Below the pieces are notes generated by a model. The model did no database searches and had not been told where the DNA came from. It was given only the letters and a program-made list of their open reading frames with translations. The position numbers were made by a program, and so were the translations under genes. Source: Flavobacteriaceae bacterium UBA1903 (lineage in GTDB: Bacteria; Bacteroidota; Bacteroidia; Flavobacteriales; Flavobacteriaceae). From it: a DNA stretch of 64,000 bases. Every line of letters begins with the position of its first letter. Position 1 is the first letter of the stretch. The stretch covers positions 293,935-357,934 of the forward strand of contig DDGL01000016.1 of the NCBI GenBank assembly GCA_002337605.1. The letters are read 5' to 3'. Below, piece by piece: positions 8,952-16,692 of this stretch.

Positions 8952-11667
8952 ATTTTTTTCTGTTTAATGGTTTACAATCATTCTCAATAAAGGCATTCAT
9001 TAATTTTTTAATTTTTTCCAACTTTGATTTGTGGTCTTCACCTACTATAATATTTTCAATTTCTTTAGTCTTTAAATACTCATAATAGTTTTTGAAGCCG
9101 TTCTTTCTAAATTCTTGATAGATCTCTTTATTTGTTTTATCGACTTTTAGAGCATCCCAATCTGCTTTGTTGCAGAAAATCTGACAAAGGAAATCATTTG
9201 GTTTATACGTCTGGTGTTCTTTTGGGAATCCTTCTGGTTCCCCTTTAAAGTCTAGATATTCTCCCCATACAAAGTGAAGAAAATACTTTTGTAAGTGTGT
9301 TTTGAATAGTTCGTCAGCTTCAAACGCTAATATAATTTTATAGTCTTCTGCAATAAAATCAATTTGTAAGGTGTAGTAGCTAAAGTGAATATTATATCCT
9401 ACATTCTGTTTCAGGATGTGCTTGAACTTTTCTAATAATACATTTTTGGTGTTCGATAAATTAAAAGGAAAATTAGGGTAATCGATAGAATTTTTTTCTG
9501 TGTAGAGATCGTCTCTATCTTTTCTTGCACCGTTTATAACAACATCTGCTAAAAAGCGATCTATTGGACCTATACTCACATTAGAATTAATAAGAGCATC
9601 CTTTAAATCTGTATGAGTAAGATTCGGTGTTTTTGCGGAGATATTTTGAATGGTTTTTTCAATTTCCTTGAAATCGTTTACAAGAGAAATGAATTCAAAC
9701 TGATTTAATGCGGTTATAAATTTTGAAAAATCAGTTTTGTTGTCTATAGAATCAGAAATTTCAAACAAATATAACTTTAGCTCATTGAAAGCTTGTAATC
9801 TAACGTTTTGTGACAAACCCTTCATTCTATTTATCAAGTCTATAATGTTACCTGCGTTGAAAGATTCTTTAAATTTAGAGCGCGTATACGCGTCATTAGG
9901 AATTCCATTTCTCAAATAAAAATTAGTGTAATAAGATTTAGAAATAGTATACTGATTTGTTTCATAGAAAGCTTTACTTTTTTCACCGAACAAAATACAT
10001 AAGGAAGCATTGACTATTTCAATATCTTTTGAATCATAACTATTAACTTTCAGTGTATCGAAGAGTTTTTCTTTAGAGCTTTCAGTATAAATATAATGGC
10101 TACCATCATTCTCGTTCCAGCTATCAGTCATTTTTTGATTTACAACGTCATAGTCTTTGTTATCAATAATACTTGATATTTTTTCAAAAACTAAGTTGTG
10201 TAAATTTCTATAGCGAAAAGTTAGAAGTCTAAACAGTACATAATCGGGAAGATAAATATCATTCGTGTTGATTAAGGTTTTACTAAATTTAAATTCATTA
10301 AGAAATCTCTTTAAATCTCTGTAGGTTCTGATAAAATGCTTATAATCTAACTTTAAGTCACTACAAATAAATTGGTTTTCTTCATTATGTAAATTATCAA
10401 GACTAATGTCAGATATATCCAAAGTAGCTTGAAAAGATTTGCCCGCAAATAAGGAATTAAATACTAGAAATAATTTTTCATTTCTAATGCGTTCTACTTG
10501 TTGGTCTTCTTGATTTATACGATGTGGAAATGCTTTTTTAATACCATCCAAAAGTATTTCATTGATTTGACTCTCATCAAATGGTAGGAGATCAATTTCT
10601 ACTTGAAAAATTTTATTTATGTAGTTCTCCTTACTTTTTCCAAGTGTTTTTTCTAGGTAATTCCTGTCATAGCCAGCTAGAAATATTACATTGTCAAAAT
10701 CAGATAATGTTCTTATAATTTTATAAGTATCAAGAATTTCGTTGTCTTCAAGTCTATCCAAATCGTCAAGTATAATTATGATCTGCCGATCTATACGATG
10801 TATAGCTTCTTGAATCTTTTGATAGTACTCTTCAAGACTATGATCTTCTCTAAAGATATCTTTACCAGCTTGTATTAAATTGCTAATCTCTCCCGGACTT
10901 ACACTTAAAATAGCATCAGTATATTTTTCAATATTATCTTCAATTTCAGCAGAGTGAGGCTTGAGGTTTGTTGCGAATTCTTTGAAGAAATTATCAATGA
11001 TGGCTTTATCACCTTTATTTTTCCATATGTGAAACCAGAACATGATGGTTTCGGAATTTGTTTTTCTAAATTCTTGATCAAATCGATGTAAAAAGGTCGA
11101 TTTACCAAAACCCCATTCCGCATTAATCCCTATACTAAATGAGTTTTTTGGCTTGTAATCTGTAATGCTAGTAATCAATTTTTGTACAATTAATTCATTA
11201 TCAATTTCTCCATCTACAAATACAGCATCGTTGATAAAAAAGTCTTTTCTATTTGGATTTGTAATTGAGCTTCGTTCTTTAATGTTGCTCCAGTGAATAC
11301 AATGCAATAGAAAAAATAAAATAACAACATCAATGTATTTTATAAGCGTGGGCTCTGGAAGGTATATAACTCCGTTGTCAAAAAATCGAAAAATCAAATA
11401 ACTTGAGAATAGAGCAATTGCAAGGAAGTGCCCCTTTTTTGAAACTATATATTTTTTATCTATTAAAAAGAGGTAGCCACTTAATCCAATAATTATCAAT
11501 AAAATATAGCCTAGCTTAAACTCAGTTGATTCAAAATTGAAGAGTTTGCCTAAATCAATTAAAAGATTCTGTATGGTGCTTTTAAAAACAAATAAAATTG
11601 CAATAATTGATAGATACCGCACTACATACTTTCTGTTATTTTCTATCAAATCATTCAACATTTTCAA
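8935..11667 (-). CDS. KAP-family P-loop NTPase with N-terminal transmembrane helices
   Basis: About 4 N-terminal TM segments; Walker A 'AEWGFGKST'; Walker B 'IIILDDLDRL'; 'YINKIFQVEIDL'. Confidence 0.85.
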   Translation of the reverse strand: MKMLNDLIENNRKYVVRYLSIIAILFVFKSTIQNLLIDLGKLFNFESTEFKLGYILLIIIGLSGYLFLIDKKYIVSKKGHFLAIALFSSYLIFRFFDNGVIYLPEPTLIKYIDVVILFFLLHCIHWSNIKERSSITNPNRKDFFINDAVFVDGEIDNELIVQKLITSITDYKPKNSFSIGINAEWGFGKSTFLHRFDQEFRKTNSETIMFWFHIWKNKGDKAIIDNFFKEFATNLKPHSAEIEDNIEKYTDAILSVSPGEISNLIQAGKDIFREDHSLEEYYQKIQEAIHRIDRQIIIILDDLDRLEDNEILDTYKIIRTLSDFDNVIFLAGYDRNYLEKTLGKSKENYINKIFQVEIDLLPFDESQINEILLDGIKKAFPHRINQEDQQVERIRNEKLFLVFNSLFAGKSFQATLDISDISLDNLHNEENQFICSDLKLDYKHFIRTYRDLKRFLNEFKFSKTLINTNDIYLPDYVLFRLLTFRYRNLHNLVFEKISSIIDNKDYDVVNQKMTDSWNENDGSHYIYTESSKEKLFDTLKVNSYDSKDIEIVNASLCILFGEKSKAFYETNQYTISKSYYTNFYLRNGIPNDAYTRSKFKESFNAGNIIDLINRMKGLSQNVRLQAFNELKLYLFEISDSIDNKTDFSKFITALNQFEFISLVNDFKEIEKTIQNISAKTPNLTHTDLKDALINSNVSIGPIDRFLADVVINGARKDRDDLYTEKNSIDYPNFPFNLSNTKNVLLEKFKHILKQNVGYNIHFSYYTLQIDFIAEDYKIILAFEADELFKTHLQKYFLHFVWGEYLDFKGEPEGFPKEHQTYKPNDFLCQIFCNKADWDALKVDKTNKEIYQEFRKNGFKNYYEYLKTKEIENIIVGEDHKSKLEKIKKLMNAFIENDCKPLNRKKFEDVK

Positions 11668-11719
11668 ACTATAAAGAGATTATTAAATAATAGGCATTTT
11701 ATTTTCAAGATTCCCCTCG

Positions 11720-11766
11720 AAAACCTCCCAGGATCAACTCTAAATTAAGTGCTGACTAGGTTCTTG
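11720..11766 (-). repeat. Decayed copy C of the hsdS 3' end
   Basis: 36/47 identical (hand alignment) to 12921-12967; reads QEPSQHLI*S*SWEVF versus hsdS QEHSEQLMQSCLREVF. Confidence 0.75.
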
Positions 11767-11797
11767 TCTTGGTTATTTTAATTTATAAGATTATTTA

Positions 11798-12037
11798 TTA
11801 TGCAGGCAAAATAGTTAGTTTACTACCATTGACTGGGCTGATTTTTACATTTTTACTACTTAAACAATTTCTGACAGCTAAATCTAACTCATCTATATGT
11901 TCAAATCTATCTGATACTAACAAGAAACAAACAAGAAACTCATTTGGGCTATTCCTATTCATTAAGCTCAACCGAGTTTCTCTTGCCAAATAACAAGTCT
12001 CTAATTGGTCACGTATCTCGATTAATAGTTCCTCCAT
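11798..12037 (-). CDS. Small hypothetical protein (79 aa)
   Basis: ORF fills the space between two hsdS-tail repeats, same strand as neighbours, A-rich leader. Confidence 0.5.
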   Translation of the reverse strand: MEELLIEIRDQLETCYLARETRLSLMNRNSPNEFLVCFLLVSDRFEHIDELDLAVRNCLSSKNVKISPVNGSKLTILPA

Positions 12038-12054
12038 AATTGTATGCTTTAATT

Positions 12055-12102
12055 AAAAACCTCCCTCAAACAACGCTGCATTAACTGTGTACTATGTTCT
12101 TG
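12055..12102 (-). repeat. Decayed copy B of the hsdS 3' end
   Basis: 41/48 identical (hand alignment) to 12920-12967; reads QEHSTQLMQRCLREVFN*. Confidence 0.85.
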
Positions 12103-12104
12103 GT

Positions 12105-12893
12105 TTAGTTGTATTTAATACAGGATTTATAAAAGTTATTAATTTCATCTATATATTTATAATCTTGTAACTTAGAAATTATTTCTTCATAGAAAAGAGG
12201 TTTTATTACTGTTTTTTCAAGAACTGGATTAAATTTTGTTTGTAACCATTTTATTCTTTCTTCATAATCGACTTCATTTTTATATTGTTCAACCCTTTCT
12301 TTAACTCTATCAAAAATGTCTGTTTTATCTAAGAACTTTTTAAAATTCTTCTTCTTCTTATTGTATTGATCTTCGGGAACCACTAAATAAAAACCTATAG
12401 ATAAGTCATTTAATACTTCTAATTTATCTGCTTCGTCAATCGTCTTTGCTATGCAGGCAACGTACCTCGCTGCTTGATTATAAAATGTAGCATTACTAAC
12501 TTTTTTAGAAAATCCAGAATTAATTTTTGCCTCAAAAATATTTAACTTGTTCCCTTTAAAATGCAAAGAACCTTTGCTATTGACGTTTCCAATTTCAAAA
12601 TTTCCAATTACACCATCAGCGTGCGTATGAGTTTCAGCAAGTGGATCTCCTCTAAATCTTTGTAAGAATGGAGAGTACAGTAATCCTTCACTAAAAAATT
12701 TATCTTTTTCATTTACATATAGTGGATGCTCTTTTAAACCAAAATCTGTAATGGCATGAACTAACAATTTTAACAACCAACCTTCATTATAAAATTCTGT
12801 TGGATGTGTGTATGCTTTCCAATATTCAAAAAAATCAAATAATTTATTTAAGTCGTAGCTTTTATCATCTATTCGTTTTTCCTGTTCACTCAT
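12105..12893 (-). CDS. Putative PD-(D/E)XK nuclease
   Basis: 'NEGW' ... 'HADGVIG' ... 'IFEAKINS' ... 'NQAARY'; ATGA overlap with the hsdS stop. Confidence 0.55.
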   Translation of the reverse strand: MSEQEKRIDDKSYDLNKLFDFFEYWKAYTHPTEFYNEGWLLKLLVHAITDFGLKEHPLYVNEKDKFFSEGLLYSPFLQRFRGDPLAETHTHADGVIGNFEIGNVNSKGSLHFKGNKLNIFEAKINSGFSKKVSNATFYNQAARYVACIAKTIDEADKLEVLNDLSIGFYLVVPEDQYNKKKKNFKKFLDKTDIFDRVKERVEQYKNEVDYEERIKWLQTKFNPVLEKTVIKPLFYEEIISKLQDYKYIDEINNFYKSCIKYN

Positions 12894-14596
12894 ACCTCAA
12901 CAGTTTTATGTTCTCCCTCAAAAACCTCCCTTAAACAACTTTGCATTAACTGCTCACTGTGTTCTTGACTTTGCAGTACTTCTTGCTCTAAAGCATCACA
13001 TAAACCCATTAAAGCATTTACTTTTTGGACGATGGCTTTTTGTTCTTCTAATGGCGGCAACATAAACATTAGAGATTTTAATTTTATTATTGTTAGGGCA
13101 CTATATGCAGTACCTGATACTTTACCTAAAACTTCATCCATAAAAGTTGGACTTTTAATAAAAAGTTGAGTGTAAAAAGTATCTACATAATCACTTCTAT
13201 TTATTTGCGTAATATTTCCATCTTTATAATAAAACTCTCTATCATCTGCAACCCAAGTATTTCCAATACTACCAACGGATGTTATTAATAAATCCCCTTG
13301 TTTTGGTGCTCCAAATTTTTTCGATATTTCTAAATACTTTTGATTTGATATAAATAGTTTTGACTTTGCTTTATTACCTCTAGAAAAATCTCCAATTTCC
13401 TTTGACCTATAAAAAGGAACACCTTGTTTTACATAATCAGCTTCATAAATTCTTTTACTAGACCCAATTTGTGAGACGGTACCCAACCTACACCAGACCC
13501 AACTTTCAGGTAATTCATAAGGAATTTCATCTGTTGTAATTGGTGGAAATGGTTTTTCCTTTTTTATTTTTTTGTCTTTGATGAGTTGTGCTTTCTCTTT
13601 CTGGATGCGTTTTAATAAAATTGACGCATCTTCTATATTAGGATTATTTGCGCGCCAATCTGCTGTGAGTTTACCTTGAACGGCTAATTGTAAAATGGTT
13701 TCTCGTAACTTTTTAATGTTAGTTGTTTCATTAAAAAAGGTTTTAAAATGGTCTTGTAAAAAAGTCCATTCTTGTTTTGCATTATTGGTGGTGAGTTGGT
13801 TTAATGCTGAAGTAACAAAGTCTTCTTTTAAACTAATTCGCTCAACGGTTAATTGCTCTAATTGCTCAACTTCTTTGAATAAGGTTTCTACAACTTCTAC
13901 GATTGCTTTTTGTTCTTCTAGTGGTGGAATTGGCATGACAATTTTCTCAATATTGTCTTTACCTATATTCGGTTGTGCATTTTGATTTATCCGTTCTCTT
14001 ACCAAACCTTGAAATAGCTCAGACTCTAATATTACATTAAGAAAGTCAAGCGAAATTACTCTTTCATCAGCAAAGAAATTGCCAACACGGTAGTTTTGAA
14101 CTAATATACCATAGTCTTTGTCGACCCTAGTCACCTTGCCTAACGTTCCTCCTGTCAAGGCCATAAGAAGGTGGCCCTGAAAAATTAAATCATCCTGAAA
14201 TTCATCCTTTCTATTTGAATCAATATAGTTACACTTTGTGAAATCTAATGTTCCGTCAGATTTGCACTGACCAATTTTGATAACAGGAATACCCTCTTCA
14301 ACAAAATCATATTTTCTAAACTGGTGTCCATGTCTTAGTTCTGCTACATCAATAAATTTAGCCCATTCCCAAGTAGAATTTAGTTTAAATGGAATTTCAC
14401 TTTCTTGAACAATTTGCAATTCCTTTTTTGCCTTAATAGATTCTAAATTAATTGAAGCCTTATTAACATTTGGATTATTTGTTCGCCAGTCTCCTGTTAA
14501 CTTACCTTGCACTGCCAATTGCATGATTAAACCTTTTAATTCTTGGGCATTTGTAGGTCTAACCGTAAGTTCTTTAAAATGTTGTAGTAATTGCAT
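12890..14596 (-). CDS. hsdS: Type I R-M specificity subunit
   Basis: Two TRDs each followed by 'PPLEEQKAIV'; duplicated 'LAVQGKLT.DWR.NNP' conserved regions. Confidence 0.92.
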   Translation of the reverse strand: MQLLQHFKELTVRPTNAQELKGLIMQLAVQGKLTGDWRTNNPNVNKASINLESIKAKKELQIVQESEIPFKLNSTWEWAKFIDVAELRHGHQFRKYDFVEEGIPVIKIGQCKSDGTLDFTKCNYIDSNRKDEFQDDLIFQGHLLMALTGGTLGKVTRVDKDYGILVQNYRVGNFFADERVISLDFLNVILESELFQGLVRERINQNAQPNIGKDNIEKIVMPIPPLEEQKAIVEVVETLFKEVEQLEQLTVERISLKEDFVTSALNQLTTNNAKQEWTFLQDHFKTFFNETTNIKKLRETILQLAVQGKLTADWRANNPNIEDASILLKRIQKEKAQLIKDKKIKKEKPFPPITTDEIPYELPESWVWCRLGTVSQIGSSKRIYEADYVKQGVPFYRSKEIGDFSRGNKAKSKLFISNQKYLEISKKFGAPKQGDLLITSVGSIGNTWVADDREFYYKDGNITQINRSDYVDTFYTQLFIKSPTFMDEVLGKVSGTAYSALTIIKLKSLMFMLPPLEEQKAIVQKVNALMGLCDALEQEVLQSQEHSEQLMQSCLREVFEGEHKTVEV

Positions 14597-14605
14597 AGTT
14601 TGAGA

Positions 14606-14623
14606 TTCCTGCCTACGCAGGAA
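14606..14623. repeat. Short REP-like palindrome TTCCTGC-CTAC-GCAGGAA
   Basis: 7-bp perfect stem with 4-nt loop in the hsdM-hsdS gap. Confidence 0.6.
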
Positions 14624-14627
14624 ATTG

Positions 14628-16058
14628 TTATTTTAAAGCTTCAGTTAATACATTTATAATTTCGTCTTGTATGCTAGCAATTTTTTGTTCGGTAGTTCTA
14701 AACTTTTCTAACAACACTTCTGGACTTGCCAAAGTATCAATTTCTTGGTGTGGGTTTTTGATATCTAAATTATAACCTCGTTTTTTAATGTCTTCAATAG
14801 AGACTTTCCAAGCCTGTGTATTTTCTTCGCGATTATTCCACCACGCTTTTTCTACATCAAACTCTTTGATGTGTATCGGTTTTCCTTTGTTATAACTTTT
14901 TACACCATCGGGATATGGATGCTCATAATACCAAATTTCTTTGGTTGGTGTGCCTTTTTCAAAAAACAATAGATTGGTTTTAATACCTGTATAAGGATTA
15001 AAAACACCATTTGGTAAACGCACAATGGTATGCAGGTTGCAACGCTCTAATAGTTCCTGTTTTAAACGTGTTTTCATCCCTTCGCCAAACAAGGTTCCAT
15101 CTGGTAATACAATGGCGCAACGGCCGTTATTTTTAAGTAACTTAATAATCAAGGCTAGGAATAAATCGGCTGTTTCTTTGGTTCTAAATTTTTTAGGGAA
15201 GTTGGTTTCGGTTCCATCTTCTTCCACTCCTCCAAAAGGAGGATTGGTGACAATAATATCTAACTTATCTTTTACACCCCAATCTGCATAAGGCTTGCTT
15301 AATAAATTATCTCTACGTACTGCTGGTAAATCAAAACCGTGTAGCATTAAATTGGTGGTACACAGCAAATGAGGTAACGGTTTTTTCTCGATACCTCTAA
15401 TAGAATTTTGCAGTATATCTCGGTCTTTAGGAGTTTTTACTTGCTCACGTAGATGATCAATAGTACAGGTTAAAAAACCCCCTGTACCACAAGCCGGGTC
15501 GAGTATGCTTTCTCCTAACTGCGGATCAATCATATCTACCATAAACTGCGTCACCGCTCTGGGGGTGTAATATTCACCAGAAGAGCCAGCAGATTGCAGT
15601 TCTTTTAAAATGGTTTCATAAATATCATTGAATAAGTGACGCTCTGTGGTGCTATTAAAGTCAATCTCGTTAATCACATTGATGACCTGACGGAACAAGG
15701 TTCCGTTTTTCATATAGTTGTAGGTGTCATCAAACACCGAACGAATAATAGTAGCTTGTGGGCTTATGGAAATGTCTAAATCTTTAAGTGCAGGAAATAA
15801 TTCATTATCAATAAACTCCATTAAGGCATCTCCCGTTAACCCTTCATCGTCTGCTGCCCAGTTTTGCCATTTTAAATTCTCAGGGATTGGAGATTCGTAA
15901 TTGTCAATCGTTATTGCCCATTCTTCTTCTTTATCGGCAAAAATTTTCATAAAGAGCATCCACACCATTTGCGAAATGCGCTGTGCATCTCCATCTACTC
16001 CTGTATCCTTACGCATGATATCGCGTATGCCTTTTATGTTTGTTGTTATGTTACTCAT
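14628..16058 (-). CDS. hsdM: Type I R-M N6-adenine methyltransferase
   Basis: 'GEYYTPR', 'LDPACGTGGFL', 'NPPFGG'. Confidence 0.95.
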   Translation of the reverse strand: MSNITTNIKGIRDIMRKDTGVDGDAQRISQMVWMLFMKIFADKEEEWAITIDNYESPIPENLKWQNWAADDEGLTGDALMEFIDNELFPALKDLDISISPQATIIRSVFDDTYNYMKNGTLFRQVINVINEIDFNSTTERHLFNDIYETILKELQSAGSSGEYYTPRAVTQFMVDMIDPQLGESILDPACGTGGFLTCTIDHLREQVKTPKDRDILQNSIRGIEKKPLPHLLCTTNLMLHGFDLPAVRRDNLLSKPYADWGVKDKLDIIVTNPPFGGVEEDGTETNFPKKFRTKETADLFLALIIKLLKNNGRCAIVLPDGTLFGEGMKTRLKQELLERCNLHTIVRLPNGVFNPYTGIKTNLLFFEKGTPTKEIWYYEHPYPDGVKSYNKGKPIHIKEFDVEKAWWNNREENTQAWKVSIEDIKKRGYNLDIKNPHQEIDTLASPEVLLEKFRTTEQKIASIQDEIINVLTEALK

Positions 16059-16692
16059 TATTAATGATTTCTTCTATAGTTTTAAAATTTACTCTAGGTC
16101 TTGAAAGAATGTTGTTATTTGAATCTTCTCCGGCATAAAAAAATATGCTACATCTTGAATATGATGCTCTATCTGCATTTGAAAAAGAAGCTCTAATGGT
16201 ACTGCATAACCTACGGCGATTCTTATTAACTGCAACAAATATTGCATTTTCAAAATTTAATTGTTCAACATAATTCAAAAGTTTTATAATATCATAGATA
16301 TCTTTTGCAGAAGTATCGTCACCAGTTTTAACCTCAACAATAACCTTCTGAAAGTTATAACCTCTATCATCTTGATCCTTATGGAGTACTATATCAGGAC
16401 TAACTCTTAAATAAGCTCCTAATTTCTGTCTTACATCTGGGTCTTCGCAAGAGTAACCACAGTCTCTAAGGTTTAAATGTCTATCAACTTTACTAATTTC
16501 ACCATTTAGCTGCAGAAGGTTATATTTTACTTGGTTTTTAAGCATTATTAGACGAATCTGATGATATAATTCATATGCAAAGACACGCTCAATTTGCTGA
16601 AAATCATGAATAGATTGATATCTCCATTTAGCATACTTTGGCTCTACTTCTTTACAAGCTTTATATATATCATATCCGTAACTACTAAGCAC
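16051..16692 (-). CDS. Putative PD-(D/E)XK nuclease inserted between hsdR and hsdM
   Basis: 'ERVFAYELYHQ', 'NGEISK', 'PDIVLH', 'IVEVKT', 'DIIKL'; overlaps both neighbours by 8 nt. Confidence 0.65.
   Translation of the reverse strand: MLSSYGYDIYKACKEVEPKYAKWRYQSIHDFQQIERVFAYELYHQIRLIMLKNQVKYNLLQLNGEISKVDRHLNLRDCGYSCEDPDVRQKLGAYLRVSPDIVLHKDQDDRGYNFQKVIVEVKTGDDTSAKDIYDIIKLLNYVEQLNFENAIFVAVNKNRRRLCSTIRASFSNADRASYSRCSIFFYAGEDSNNNILSRPRVNFKTIEEIINNE

Noticed and set aside
12890-14596. hsdS shufflon / phase-variable invertible system
   Set aside because: Only one hsdS, no silent TRDs, no inverted repeats and no recombinase; internal repeats are the normal conserved regions
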